Shown: positions 1-11,950, counted from the first letter of the stretch. The stretch: 64,000 nucleotides of DNA from Candidatus Poribacteria bacterium (GCA_963663765.2 CAXXUA010000004.1:128001-192000); one strand, 5' to 3'. Program-made: numbers and translations. The notes: generated by a model from the letters alone, not told the origin.

Positions 1-3000
1 GTTTCAATCTCGTAATCGAGATACTTCTGATTTCAAGAAAATTGGATACCTCTGAAAGCGCACATTGAATCCAGTTTCAATCTCGTAATCGAGATACTTC
101 TGATTTCAAGTAAGAGGGTACGTTTCGTTACGGGAAAATTGACGAAGGTTTCAATCTCGTAATCGAGATACTTCTGATTTCAAGGATGTATGGAAACCTT
201 ATATATGGGGGGCATTTACAGGTTTCAATCTCGTAATCGAGATACTTCTGATTTCAAGTATGCACACAAAGGAGAATCTATGTCTAAAATTGGAAAAAAA
301 GTTTCAATCTCGTAATCGAGATACTTCTGATTTCAAGGTAATGTTCTTTGTTTATCCCAGATAAAACCTATAGTGTTTCAATCTCGTAATCGAGATACTT
401 CTGATTTCAAGTTTATACCTCTTTTTCAAATGTTACGATTGGATTATTAGGTAGTTTCAATCTCGTAATCGAGATACTTCTGATTTCAAGATATTTTGTT
501 TCCAGTATGGTGTATAGTATTTTTCTCGTTTCAATCTCGTAATCGAGATACTTCTGATTTCAAGTTATTTTGAAATTCCTTTTGATTGGATTGCATCGTC
601 TCAGTTTCAATCTCGTAATCGAGATACTTCTGATTTCAAGTGCGGTGTCGTCGTAGCTACTTGTTTCTATATCATCGTTTCAATCTCGTAATCGAGATAC
701 TTCTGATTTCAAGATGATCTCGTTTTTTTCATCCTCGGTGATGTAATATGTTTCAATCTCGTAATCGAGATACTTCTGATTTCAAGAATATGGATTTCTG
801 TATGACAGTGCATCATCGGGATCATCGTTTCAATCTCGTAATCGAGATACTTCTGATTTCAAGAATAGTGTCTATCTGTAGCGAATGCTACAGCTTTTGA
901 TGTTTCAATCTCGTAATCGAGATACTTCTGATTTCAAGTCCACAACTGGCACTTCTCGGTCGACATATTCTGTGTTTCAATCTCGTAATCGAGATACTTC
1001 TGATTTCAAGTTTGCGTTTTAGGTTCGTCAACCGTAGGTTTTATCCCGGTTTCAATCTCGTAATCGAGATACTTCTGATTTCAAGTACGCGCGGTTCGCG
1101 CATCAGTGGCAACTTTGATTTGTTTCAATCTCGTAATCGAGATACTTCTGATTTCAAGAGAGCATGCGATTACTCAATGCATAGCGGTATCACAGTTTCA
1201 ATCTCGTAATCGAGATACTTCTGATTTCAGGGACAGCGACATATTCCTTTCGGAGTGAAAGTACAATCTGTTTCAATCTCGTAATCGAGATACTTCTGAT
1301 TTCAAGGCAACCACTTTGCCACCCCCATCAGCCTTGTTTATTGTTTCAATCTCGTAATCGAGATACTTCTGATTTCAAGACTATCTGATTGATTGTTATT
1401 GCTACGCTTGCCTCGTCGTTTCAATCTCGTAATCGAGATACTTCTGATTTCAAGTGAAGCGTCTGCGGTGTTCAATGGCAATTTCGTTGGGTTTCAATCT
1501 CGTAATCGAGATACTTCTGATTTCAAGTGAAGCGTCTGCGGTGTTCAATGGCAATTTCGTTGGGTTTCAATCTCGTAATCGAGATACTTCTGATTTCAAG
1601 TGAATGTGATGGAATTCAAAAGAATTGCGTATTTGAGTTTCAATCTCGTAATCGAGATACTTCTGATTTCAAGTTATCGCACTGTCAGGTATCACACTCT
1701 CTGTCATTGGGTTTCAATCTCGTAATCGAGATACTTCTGATTTCAAGGGAACGTCTACACCGTTAGGCAGAGTTGTTGGTCATTATGTTTCAATCTCGTA
1801 ATCGAGATACTTCTGATTTCAAGTGCAGCATCAAACGCCGTCACACGCACAACACCTGCATCGTTTCAATCTCGTAATCGAGATACTTCTGATTTCAAGT
1901 ACACGGGAATTGGTTGAGGAGTGGATGTCGTCTCAGTTTCAATCTCGTAATCGAGATGCTTCTGATTTCAAGTTAAGTAACCTATAACGGTAAGGGTTTA
2001 TCAACTGTTGTTTCAATCTCGTAATCGAGATACTTCTGATTTCAAGAAACGTAGACCGCACACACCACATAGACGATGTCTGTGTTTCAATCTCGTAATC
2101 GAGATACTTCTGATTTCAAGAGCAAAAGAGGGTCGTGGCATGACTAATAGTGAAATAGTTTCAATCTCGTAATCGAGATACTTCTGATTTCAAGCAGGCG
2201 CGCACTGCCCAAGCTGCTGCAGCAAGACGACAACGTTTCAATCTCGTAATCGAGATACTTCTGATTTCAAGTAACACCGATACCGCCTGGTGTGCCAAGA
2301 GATCCTTAGTTTCAATCTCGTAATCGAGATACTTCTGATTTCAAGTTCGGCAGGAGTCGTTTCAGCACATAAAGGTTCATAGTTTCAATCTCGTAATCGA
2401 GATACTTCTGATTTCAAGTCAACCTTGCGATTGCTTGGTCAGCTTGCGGGTTCAAGTTTCAATCTCGTAATCGAGATACTTCTGATTTCAAGTGTATCTG
2501 CTTACATTGGAATAGAAAAGGATAAATACGGTTTCAATCTCGTAATCGAGATACTTCTGATTTCAAGTTTGATGTCTACATTGCATAACACAGTAGACTC
2601 TCATGTTTCAATCTCGTAATCGAGATACTTCTGATTTCAAGTAAACACGCCTTGCAACCCTACCAAGCAACCTGTCACCATGTTTCAATCTCGTAATCGA
2701 GATACTTCTGATTTCAAGTTTGATGTCTACATTGCATAACACAGTAGACTCTCATGTTTCAATCTCGTAATCGAGATACTTCTGATTTCAAGTCGGACGG
2801 GCAACAACTGCTCCACAGGGCATGTCAGAGTTTCAATCTCGTAATCGAGATACTTCTGATTTCAAGACAGTAAAGTCAGGTGCTTCACCAAACTGAACAC
2901 TGTTTCAATCTCGTAATCGAGATACTTCTGATTTCAAGTTTGTTTGACGGGTTGTATACAAGGGCAACTAAATCGTTTCAATCTCGTAATCGAGATACTT

Positions 3001-5463
3001 CTGATTTCAAGTCAAGTCCTTGCAAACCTATCCATGCTGCTTTCACTTGTTTCAATCTCGTAATCGAGATACTTCTGATTTCAAGTGGAGAATATGACAA
3101 TCGTTTTGTGGCTGCCAAGTTAGTTTCAATCTCGTAATCGAGATACTTCTGATTTCAAGAGGGCCCGTCTGGCATTGATGTGATAACTGAACCCGAGTTT
3201 CAATCTCGTAATCGAGATACTTCTGATTTCAAGTTTAGGATATTGGGTGATGGAATCTCTTGAAACAAACGTTTCAATCTCGTAATCGAGATACTTCTGA
3301 TTTCAAGTGAACTTGATGGAACCCGGCCCCGGTTTCTGCCATTTCCGTTTCAATCTCGTAATCGAGATACTTCTGATTTCAAGTTGTCTACCTTTTTTTG
3401 AAAGCGAATATAGACGTAACGAGTTTCAATCTCGTAATCGAGATACTTCTGATTTCAAGTTTTCACCTCGCAATCATACACCAGCCTTATATTGTTTCAA
3501 TCTCGTAATCGAGATACTTCTGATTTCAAGTAAAGGTAGATCATCGCCTTCAACAGCGTATGCGTTGAGTTTCAATCTCGTAATCGAGATACTTCTGATT
3601 TCAAGTTAGTAATTCAATAAGGATGCCTTCAGAGAAGTCTTTTCCGTGTTTCAATCTCGTAATCGAGATACTTCTGATTTCAAGTTTGCGGGCGATTGCG
3701 GAAGCGTTGATTAACAAGTATCGTTTCAATCTCGTAATCGAGATACTTCTGATTTCAAGTTCATTTACCTTCTCAAACGACCGAAGTAGGGTGTCCACGT
3801 TTCAATCTCGTAATCGAGATACTTCTGATTTCAAGTCAGCAGTCACGAAGTCGTCTGGCAATGGATGTGCGTCTTCGTTTCAATCTCGTAATCGAGATAC
3901 TTCTGATTTCAAGTATAAAGAGTATCCGACCACACCAGAGGAAGCATTCTGTTTCAATCTCGTAATCGAGATACTTCTGATTTCAAGTGAAATGCAATGT
4001 GCGGAACAACTCACCTTGTTCGCGTTTCAATCTCGTAATCGAGATACTTCTGATTTCAAGTGTTCAAAAACTCCTCAAAAGACATTCTACCATCTGTTTC
4101 AATCTCGTAATCGAGATACTTCTGATTTCAAGTTAATGTCTTCATCAGTTTCAAAGGATGTATCGTTCATGTTTCAATCTCGTAATCGAGATACTTCTGA
4201 TTTCAAGAGGTCTACTTGTGCTTGATGTTTCATCGTCACATTGTTTCAATCTCGTAATCGAGATACTTCTGATTTCAAGGCAAGCGTTAGATTTTATCTT
4301 TATGAAAAATAGCCCGGTTTCAATCTCGTAATCGAGATACTTCTGATTTCAAGTCGCTCATATTCATGTTATCATCTGTCAATTCATGAGTTTCAATCTC
4401 GTAATCGAGATACTTCTGATTTCAAGATTTATCGTCACGTTCAGCCAACTAAAAACTGGCATTGTTTCAATCTCGTAATCGAGATACTTCTGATTTCAAG
4501 TTGGGATGGAGTTTGACGAGTACGCGCGTATTCTTGTTTCAATCTCGTAATCGAGATACTTCTGATTTCAAGTGCGGGGATGATGGGATTCGCGCCCCTG
4601 ATTCTCCCAGTTTCAATCTCGTAATCGAGATACTTCTGATTTCAAGTCTGATATTGGACATAGACAAGGTCTTATTTATAAGTTTCAATCTCGTAATCGA
4701 GATACTTCTGATTTCAAGTGCACCTCAAACTTCTCGTCAAGTGTACCAACTTTGCCGTTTCAATCTCGTAATCGAGATACTTCTGATTTCAAGGATGTCG
4801 TGGTCGGGGCTATCAATGCTCTTGCTGCTGGGTTTCAATCTCGTAATCGAGATACTTCTGATTTCAAGCCACTGGACAACACCTCACCAAACAACAATCT
4901 AACGTTTCAATCTCGTAATCGAGATACTTCTGATTTCAAGGTGTTACAGTGACAGTGAATTCGGTGATTGCTATATCAACGTTTCAATCTCGTAATCGAG
5001 ATACTTCTGATTTCAAGACCTGACATCGACGCTGTCCGTGACGACATAAGAAAGGGTTTCAATCTCGTAATCGAGATACTTCTGATTTCAAGCTCGCCAC
5101 TCAAGAGCATTGATTGGGAATTCATCTAATGTTTCAATCTCGTAATCGAGATACTTCTGATTTCAAGATTACAAATAAAAGGTAAGTCTATTAATATATC
5201 AGTATCGGTTTCAATCTCGTAATCGAGATACTTCTGATTTCAAGGATACCTTCGTCGGGATCACTTGCCGTATATTCATTGTTTCAATCTCGTAATCGAG
5301 ATACTTCTGATTTCAAGTATAGACTTGATATAAAGGAGATGCCATGCCAAGTTAGTTTCAATCTCGTAATCGAGATACTTCTGATTTCAAGTGGACTCAC
5401 GATTGACAATGGCATTTGACGTGCAAGTTTCAATCTCGTAATCGAGATACTTCTGATTTCAAG
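1..5463 (-). CRISPR. CRISPR array, about 74 copies of a 37-bp repeat with 34-42 nt spacers; may continue beyond the window start
   Basis: Repeat GTTTCAATCTCGTAATCGAGATACTTCTGATTTCAAG on +. On - it ends in the canonical ATTGAAAC handle after an ATCTCG-ATTA-CGAGAT hairpin. The leader lies on the cas2 side. Single-base variant repeats occur near 1195 and 1936. Confidence 0.99.
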
Positions 5464-5661
5464 AGCCCCTGATTTGCACTCTTATTGGACGTGCCTTTAC
5501 GCAGTGTGTTTCTGTGAGCGAAGTGTTTGACACACACATGAAATAGCATAAATGTACAGACGAAAGACTCAATCTATAATACATAAGGGTTTACGCCTTA
5601 CTATGAGGGATTAGGGTTTTTCGGTCCCCTGTCGCTCACAGAGATCATCTGATACTTAATT
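5464..5661 (-). promoter_or_regulatory. CRISPR leader with candidate promoter
   Basis: Non-coding region between the first repeat and cas2. Minus strand has TTGAGT (5572-5567), 16 nt, then TATGCT (5550-5545). Confidence 0.7.
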
Positions 5662-5934
5662 TTATACAATATATGATTGTTTATCAAGTCCTTTATCTTG
5701 TCCAATACGTTCAATCTGTTTCTCACACGCAGCACAGATATGATAAATGGTTATAGTATCTTCGCTCATATTCATAGCTTGTTCTAATCGGTTTTTTAGA
5801 CGTAGAAATGCGCGTTTATCTACATTACATTCAAAGACGCTATATTGAACACGTTTCCCAAAGTCTTTGAGAATTTTCGCTACTTTGTTACGGCGTTTGT
5901 CGTCCGTAATATCATAAGCGACTGTGTAATGCAT
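5662..5934 (-). CDS. cas2: CRISPR-associated endonuclease Cas2
   Basis: VAYDITDDKRRNKVAKILKDFGKRVQYSVFEC motif; 90 aa; adjacent to the array. Confidence 0.97.
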   Translation of the reverse strand: MHYTVAYDITDDKRRNKVAKILKDFGKRVQYSVFECNVDKRAFLRLKNRLEQAMNMSEDTITIYHICAACEKQIERIGQDKGLDKQSYIV

Positions 5935-5964
5935 TAGCGATTCCTCTACTTTAGGATTAGATAC

Positions 5965-7602
5965 TTACCGAATTGTAAGCGGGGAATAATGCTCAATTTC
6001 GCCAGTGAGATACTTTGCGAGCAAACGCACCTGCAATTCCATTGCCCTACGGAACGTTAGTTTATACTTAAACACTGGATGCGTGATTGTTTCATTTTTC
6101 CGTGTTTCATAGGCTGCGTAGAATGCTTTTCGGCAATTGTCTTTTAAATACCATCCGCCATGAGATTGAGTGAAATCCTTTGGTTTGATACGCCTATTGT
6201 TGATTAGCGTAATAACAACTGAGTCAGCGATAATTGGTCGGAACTCTTCCATCAAATCAAGCGCAAGGCAAGGTTTACCGTATTTTAATTGATGAAAATA
6301 ACCAACGTAGGGATCAAGCCCGACTACCTGAATAGCTGACATTATATCTGCAGTTAGTAATGAATATGCGAAACTTAGCAGCGCGTTTGTTGGATCGGCT
6401 GGTGGACGACGACTCCGTCTCTGAAAATCAAACCCCATTTCTTCTTTTAGCATAAAGTTGAATGAACCGAAATAGGCAGCGGAGGCGTTCCCTTCCAAGC
6501 CTAACAATTCAGGGATTTCAGTTGCTGCGTCAATGCGTTTTTCCATTGCCTGTATTGATTTTATGTTAGTGAGCAGCGGTTCTAATGCGGTGTCTGTGCT
6601 ATCTGGTGCCTGCCATTTTCTACGTTGAAGCATCATTCTCAAGTTCGCCAGTTTACCACGGACAAACGCCTTTGAGAGATCAAGACACTGAGCCTCATTC
6701 GTTGCAACACGGTGCTGTGCAGTTCGTAGAATTGAATTGCGTGATACTTTCGGTGTCAACGCACCATGATACCTTCCATAAGCAGAAAGAAAGACAACTG
6801 GAATGCCTTCATGTAAAAGCGTTTGCATCGCAGGGGTTGTTAAACTTACATTACCGCTGATAACTACTTGTCCAAGGTGTATCAATGGAATATCGCGCAA
6901 AACTTCGTTCTCTTTCACCACAAGCAGACGTTCACCTGTCTTTTTGATTGCACACCCTTGTTCATCAACATAAAGCACGTTATCAATGCCGAGTGCAAGT
7001 TTGATTCGTTTAGGGCGTTCATCCAATTCGTGGATATAGGCGACCTCATCGGGTAAACAGATCGGGCGCACACTGCATCCATTGCACCGGTTATCGTGGA
7101 CAGGTTTTGGTATCTTTCGGGTATCTAATAGCGAATGTGCTTCCGCTACATAGCGGAGCGTTGTCTCACGGAGTTCCTTATCAAACAGTACCTTCCGTCG
7201 CCGCTTTGAACCGATAAAATACATATAGCCGTGAGGGATTGATATACCAGTTTTTTCCTCTAATAACAGCCCTTGTAAACAGAGCTGCACCTGATCGTTC
7301 AGCCAATCTCCCATCCCCGCTTTTTTGAATTCAACTGGATACGGTATGCCATCCTTTTCCTCAACGAGGTCGGTGTAGCCAGATATGCCTAAAGTATCGG
7401 AAGCGAGGTGTTGCCGACGAGATATAATTTTATCGCCTTTCTTTCTGTCGGTTACTGCCGTGTGGACATTTTCATGCTTTATTTTTCCCTCTTCAATGTG
7501 TTCATTGACGACTTGGTGTCCTTCAATAGATTCATAATAGAACCGTCTCGGACAGAAGACATAGGTATTTATTTGTGAGAGTGGTATATAATTCTCAGAC
7601 AT
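5965..7602 (-). CDS. cas4-cas1: Cas4-Cas1 fusion
   Basis: N-terminal Cas4 (FCPRRFYY, DLVE..PVEFKK, CNGCSVRPIC) plus Cas1 (LGLEGNASAAYF, NALLSFAYSLL, LALDLMEEFRP). Start MSENY at 7602 follows AGGAGG; the ORF-track extension upstream is microsatellite. Confidence 0.96.
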   Translation of the reverse strand: MSENYIPLSQINTYVFCPRRFYYESIEGHQVVNEHIEEGKIKHENVHTAVTDRKKGDKIISRRQHLASDTLGISGYTDLVEEKDGIPYPVEFKKAGMGDWLNDQVQLCLQGLLLEEKTGISIPHGYMYFIGSKRRRKVLFDKELRETTLRYVAEAHSLLDTRKIPKPVHDNRCNGCSVRPICLPDEVAYIHELDERPKRIKLALGIDNVLYVDEQGCAIKKTGERLLVVKENEVLRDIPLIHLGQVVISGNVSLTTPAMQTLLHEGIPVVFLSAYGRYHGALTPKVSRNSILRTAQHRVATNEAQCLDLSKAFVRGKLANLRMMLQRRKWQAPDSTDTALEPLLTNIKSIQAMEKRIDAATEIPELLGLEGNASAAYFGSFNFMLKEEMGFDFQRRSRRPPADPTNALLSFAYSLLTADIMSAIQVVGLDPYVGYFHQLKYGKPCLALDLMEEFRPIIADSVVITLINNRRIKPKDFTQSHGGWYLKDNCRKAFYAAYETRKNETITHPVFKYKLTFRRAMELQVRLLAKYLTGEIEHYSPLTIR

Positions 7603-7629
7603 ACTAATCCCTCCTTTAAAAGATTGACA

Positions 7630-7775
7630 GGAAGAATAGGATGGAAGAATGGAAGATTGGAAGAATGGAAGATTGGAAGATTGGAAGATTGGAAGAATGG
7701 AAGTACCCCATCCCACCCTCCAATCTTCCACCCCTCCAATCTTCCACCCCTCCATCCTTCCATCCTTCATCTCTC
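7630..7775. repeat. Opposed short tandem repeats (GGAAGATT)n / (CTTCCA..)n
   Basis: 8-bp units directly visible; the two halves are roughly complementary. Confidence 0.9.
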
Positions 7776-7779
7776 TCTT

Positions 7780-8244
7780 TTATTCTTCCTCTTGATTTAG
7801 TAGATAGATAACTTCGTCTTCACGTAGAAAAAGGTTATCGTCCCATTCACCTTTCTGTTGCTTTGCCTGAAGTGATTTTATTTGACGTAGTAGCGCGTTT
7901 TCCATTGCATAGTGCTGTTCATCAATTGCATCAAACGTCGCCTCTGAAAACTGCTTGGCTCGGTAACAGGCGTAGCACCGAGAATACACTTCTCCAGCAG
8001 ATGCTAATGCAACATTCAGAAAGTAGAGATACTCCTTTAAAGAACGTCTGCAGTACCCTTCAGCGATGTTGGCAGAGATTGACGATCCGGCATCTAAAAT
8101 CTGCGCGACTAAACGATAGGGGGAGCCGGGGATTTCTTTAACTTTTTCACATAAGAAGGCATACAACTCAATTGCCATCTGCCACGTTCTCAATTTGCGA
8201 TATCCACGATTGATATTTTTGCGACGTTCTATACGTTCATTCAA
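7780..8244 (-). CDS. Four-helix-bundle protein (23S rRNA IVP / Avd-like family)
   Basis: YRKLRTWQMAIEL..QILDAGSSISANIAEGYCR..YLYFLNVALASAGEV motif. TTG start at 8244 after AGGAGG. Confidence 0.92.
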   Translation of the reverse strand: MNERIERRKNINRGYRKLRTWQMAIELYAFLCEKVKEIPGSPYRLVAQILDAGSSISANIAEGYCRRSLKEYLYFLNVALASAGEVYSRCYACYRAKQFSEATFDAIDEQHYAMENALLRQIKSLQAKQQKGEWDDNLFLREDEVIYLLNQEEE

Positions 8245-8278
8245 TTCAATCCTCCTAAATCTAATAATGGTGGATGGG

Positions 8279-8460
8279 TTGAAGAATGGAAGATTGGAAG
8301 AATGGAAGATTGGAAGATTGGAAGATTGGAAGATTGGAAGTTCCACCCTTCCATCCCTCCACCCTTCCATCCCTCCACCCTTCCATCCCTCCACCCTTCC
8401 ATCCCTCCACCCTTCCATCCCTCCACTCTTCCATCCCTCCACTCTTCCACCCTTCCAATC
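8279..8460. repeat. Opposed short tandem repeats (GGAAGATT)n / (CCTTCCATCCCTCCAC)n
   Basis: 8-bp and 16-bp units directly visible; same type as 7630-7775. Confidence 0.9.
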
Positions 8461-8461
8461 C

Positions 8462-9289
8462 TTATATTCTTTTCGTCTGTCCCATGCCCATCGTTGTCTT
8501 ATATCCTGTTCCGCAGTAGTAGGCAAAATCTGCCAAACAGTTTGCGGTGCGGAGTAGGTTTTCATCAAGCGAGTCTTCTGGATAAAAAACGCAATCACAC
8601 TTGCCAACCCATCCGACTTCCGTATGTTTACCGAAGTTGAGTGCACGCGATTCGGCTTTTACATTGGTCACCTGTCCGTGATCAGCAATGAATGCAAGGA
8701 TTTCCTCTTTATCAAGTTTTACTGGTGCGAAAGCGTTCCATTTGTTCACCCAGCTTTGATAGCATCGCACAATATCAAAGTATGCATCATTTCGCGTTTT
8801 CTGTCCTCGTGGTGTCATTCTACGAAACGCTGTCGGTGAATAGAATTGGAGACTCATCCGCGTATCCATGCTTGCCGATTCGACGAGTTCTGCGTATGTC
8901 GCACTCCCGCTCCATATCTGTTCTTCTGTAGCATGAGATGTCATCTGTCTTACTTGGAACACCGCATCGCCAAGCCGTATTGTCGGAAGCGTGAATGTTA
9001 AGAAGGCTTGCCCAAAATGTGCAAATAGGGTATCGTCCAGGAACGTGTATCGGAGTCTACATTCTGTACCAGCTTTGATGTGAAGTTGACTACCTCGTTT
9101 TTTCGCCTTCGCTATGAGTGGGGAGACAGTAAAAGGTTTTTGTGTTGATTGTGTGTGTAGTTTTTCCGATACTTTCGGGTTGCTTTCCCGCAGGATAGCG
9201 AGGAAGGCTGCGTGTGCATGGTGTCCCATCGTGGGTCGGAGTGTTACGTCTTTGTCTGGTATGAGTGATATGAGTGTACTGATAGGCAT
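8462..9289 (-). CDS. cas6: CRISPR RNA-processing endoribonuclease Cas6
   Basis: QKPFTVSPL, FYSPTAFR and the C-terminal G-rich loop LADFAYYCGTGYKTTMGMGQ. Confidence 0.96.
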   Translation of the reverse strand: MPISTLISLIPDKDVTLRPTMGHHAHAAFLAILRESNPKVSEKLHTQSTQKPFTVSPLIAKAKKRGSQLHIKAGTECRLRYTFLDDTLFAHFGQAFLTFTLPTIRLGDAVFQVRQMTSHATEEQIWSGSATYAELVESASMDTRMSLQFYSPTAFRRMTPRGQKTRNDAYFDIVRCYQSWVNKWNAFAPVKLDKEEILAFIADHGQVTNVKAESRALNFGKHTEVGWVGKCDCVFYPEDSLDENLLRTANCLADFAYYCGTGYKTTMGMGQTKRI

Positions 9290-9302
9290 GGGTGGATCCT
9301 TT

Positions 9303-11171
9303 TCAATTATCAAAAAGCCTCATCTGTTTGATGCCTTCATGTTTTTCGGGTTCTACACTGATCGGTTCTGTAGATGGAAGTTGTATCATATCTTCTGATG
9401 TAGGTTTTTCTAAATCTTTCAGATAGTACAACCAAATATCCTTGGGCTTTCCGTTTTCATCAGTTGTTTTATATGCTAAATTTTGTCTGTAACCGCTTGT
9501 CCTACGATATTCAAACACTTTTGGTGGTTCAACATAGCCTAACTCTTCACAAAAATAATGTGCAGGAACTTGAACAAAGAGTTCTTTAAAGTAGATAGAT
9601 CCTCCCCTATTGAGCAACTCGAACTTAAATTCCTCTCTGTACGTATCATAAAACCTTTGATAAACCTTAAATTCTGGGTTAACGGTTTCATTATCAGATG
9701 TTCTTGCCATGCAACTTTTGAGAGAAACGTTGACTGCGTTTTCTGGACGGTGCTTAGAATCATCATCGGGGACTTTAGTTGTAAGTGTGATAGAAGGTTC
9801 AAAACTCCGCGTAACCACAAGTCCTCTATCGTGCAAAGGTTTGTTTTCAATGCGCGCTTCATAGACGTATTCATACAACATGTCAAAAAGTACTTCTGCT
9901 CTGTAGTCGGTGTGTGGTGTGTATTCCATAAGTTTAAGGATACCGCCTGGGTTAAAGTTCTTTTCGCTCTGCTGTTGCAAAATCTCAAGGTAATTCTGCA
10001 TCTTTACATCTGAAAGAATAGACAGAAAAGAAGGGATTTTGTCACCTACAACGACGATTTCAGCGTTAGGAATCTGTCCTTTTCGATTGCAGCGTCCTGC
10101 GCGTTGGATAAGTGAATCGGGGTTACACAATTCGGTGACAAGCAGATGCGCGTCAAGGTCGCATCCGACCTCAATAGCACTCGTTGTAAACAGTAGGTAA
10201 CCCATACCGTCGTTTTCAAGGTCCTTGAGTTTACGATAAACCTTCTTGCGTTGCCAATTGGAAAGCCGACCGTGGTAAAGGAAAATGTTCTCATTACCGT
10301 TCTGCTCTTTTATGTGCTTATAAGATGGAATGAGATCTTTAACCGTTTCAATTGTGACAATAGTTCGCTTATTTGATTCGTGGTGTTTAGATACATAGGT
10401 GCAGATTACGTCTGTAACCTTTTTGGACTTCGCAGCAATATGTTTAAACGTCTTATTAGGACACTTCCGATCTTTTTGTTTCTCTTCTTGCCACCTTTCC
10501 AGTTTCAGCCGATTTTCTACAATATAATCAACCGTATCTAAGAAATTTAATTCTTTCTGGTAAGTTTCTGGCATTGTTGCTGTCATGACAACTATATCTA
10601 AATTAGCTTTGTAGAGTGCCTTAATTAGACGTTGAAAATTGACAAATGCAACCTGATCATAGGCGTGCACCTCGTCAAAACAGAAAAGATTTTGCTTTTT
10701 GCTGTGGTGAATTCTGAACGGAAAAATATAAGACTTGTTAGGTTCACCGAAACCGAAAAAGCGATACAGGAACTTGTCGAACGTTGTAAGGATAACATCA
10801 CCATCGTAGAGATGACGTTTCCCAGTTTCCAATATTTTTCCATTTTCAAAAACGTTGCGGGATGCCTCAGATCCCCTGTCAACTACAAGCGCATAGGGTC
10901 TATCAGTCTTTTCTGATGCACGCTGGAGATATTTTTCACACCGATCAATCTGATCATCAACAAGGCTTCGTGAAGGAAAAATAAGAAAAAGTCTACGTTT
11001 AGAGTCGAGACTGGGAATAAGTACTGCTTCCGTTTTTCCACAGCCTGTAGGAGCTTTGAGCAGTAGTGCAGGATTATTCTTTTTTGGAGCGATGTGCCCA
11101 AAAAGCTCTTCCTGCATCGGATTTGGTTCGAGTTTTGTAAACTTTTGATACGCGTCTAATACGCTTTGCAT
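9303..11171 (-). CDS. cas3: Cas3' SF2 helicase lacking the HD domain
   Basis: APTGCGKT, DEVH, TAT, AIEVGCD and QRAGRCNR motifs; no N-terminal HD domain. Confidence 0.93.
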   Translation of the reverse strand: MQSVLDAYQKFTKLEPNPMQEELFGHIAPKKNNPALLLKAPTGCGKTEAVLIPSLDSKRRLFLIFPSRSLVDDQIDRCEKYLQRASEKTDRPYALVVDRGSEASRNVFENGKILETGKRHLYDGDVILTTFDKFLYRFFGFGEPNKSYIFPFRIHHSKKQNLFCFDEVHAYDQVAFVNFQRLIKALYKANLDIVVMTATMPETYQKELNFLDTVDYIVENRLKLERWQEEKQKDRKCPNKTFKHIAAKSKKVTDVICTYVSKHHESNKRTIVTIETVKDLIPSYKHIKEQNGNENIFLYHGRLSNWQRKKVYRKLKDLENDGMGYLLFTTSAIEVGCDLDAHLLVTELCNPDSLIQRAGRCNRKGQIPNAEIVVVGDKIPSFLSILSDVKMQNYLEILQQQSEKNFNPGGILKLMEYTPHTDYRAEVLFDMLYEYVYEARIENKPLHDRGLVVTRSFEPSITLTTKVPDDDSKHRPENAVNVSLKSCMARTSDNETVNPEFKVYQRFYDTYREEFKFELLNRGGSIYFKELFVQVPAHYFCEELGYVEPPKVFEYRRTSGYRQNLAYKTTDENGKPKDIWLYYLKDLEKPTSEDMIQLPSTEPISVEPEKHEGIKQMRLFDN

Positions 11172-11950
11172 AAGACCATCCTCTTATGTTGAAGTTCCGT
11201 TTTGTTGTGTGCGTTAACTATCATTTTACGGAGAAAGTCGACACCTTTCTCGTAATCGTTGTCTGTCAGAGCCTTAGATATCTGATGACGATATTCTTCA
11301 CATACATCAAATTCATAATAGGCAAGTGGTAAAGAGATTTCTTCATTATCAAATGGATAAGGACTAACCTCAATATTTCCATCTTCACGTTTCCGTGAGT
11401 GAAAATCCATAAAGACCCTCGGTTGAACATCTTTTGTGAATGCGTAAGTCTCAAGTTCTGCCTCAATCTGATCACACATCTCTAAGATGTATAGGTCAAA
11501 TGGAAAGTTTCTGAATTTTTCGTTGGCTAATTCTTTCTCTGTTTTGAGTTCTGCTTGTGCCTTAACAATACCCTCAACAGAAAATTCGTGATGCATCCGT
11601 ATGAGAAGTTCAACATAACGATCAGGATCAGAAACTCTAAAGCGATGTCCCGCAAAGGAATAACCGAGAGATTTCCGTCCTTTTTCTTTATAGCTTCGGT
11701 AGGTTACGCGGAAAGTCTCTGGTTTTGCGTTGTCGTGTTTCTCGGCAGCGCGTATTAGAAGGTCGCGGGTCGATTTCTCGCTCTGTTTGAAGGCTGGATA
11801 AAATTCTCGTTTAAAAGATCTGACCAATGTGACGACGTTTTCAACATGACTATCCAGTGTAAGCACAATAATTCTTTTCAAACTCTGTCCGCTATCAGGT
11901 CTATAGAAAACCCGTCCCACTTTTACAGTATCCAATTTATCAGTCATCAT
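11156..11950 (-). CDS. cas3'': Stand-alone Cas3'' HD nuclease
   Basis: TLDSHVENV, KHDNAK (HD), FAGHRF, IRMHH and CDQIEA motif order typical of the Cas3 HD domain. Confidence 0.82.
   Translation of the reverse strand: MMTDKLDTVKVGRVFYRPDSGQSLKRIIVLTLDSHVENVVTLVRSFKREFYPAFKQSEKSTRDLLIRAAEKHDNAKPETFRVTYRSYKEKGRKSLGYSFAGHRFRVSDPDRYVELLIRMHHEFSVEGIVKAQAELKTEKELANEKFRNFPFDLYILEMCDQIEAELETYAFTKDVQPRVFMDFHSRKREDGNIEVSPYPFDNEEISLPLAYYEFDVCEEYRHQISKALTDNDYEKGVDFLRKMIVNAHNKTELQHKRMVLCKAY

Noticed and set aside
1012-4952. ORFs inside the CRISPR array
   Set aside because: They are translations of repeat-spacer units (FNLVIEILLISS / FQSRNRDTSDFK).
1-5463. Self-targeting by main-array spacers
   Set aside because: No match was noticed within the window by eye. 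This needs BLAST against the genome, so it is untested rather than excluded.
7780-8244. Diversity-generating retroelement suggested by the Avd-like gene
   Set aside because: No reverse transcriptase or TR/VR pair was seen in the window.
7569-8646. Microsatellite-derived ORFs and the long N-terminal extensions of cas4-cas1 and the four-helix gene
   Set aside because: They are produced by stop-free 8-bp and 16-bp repeats; RBS-supported starts lie downstream, at 7602 and 8244.
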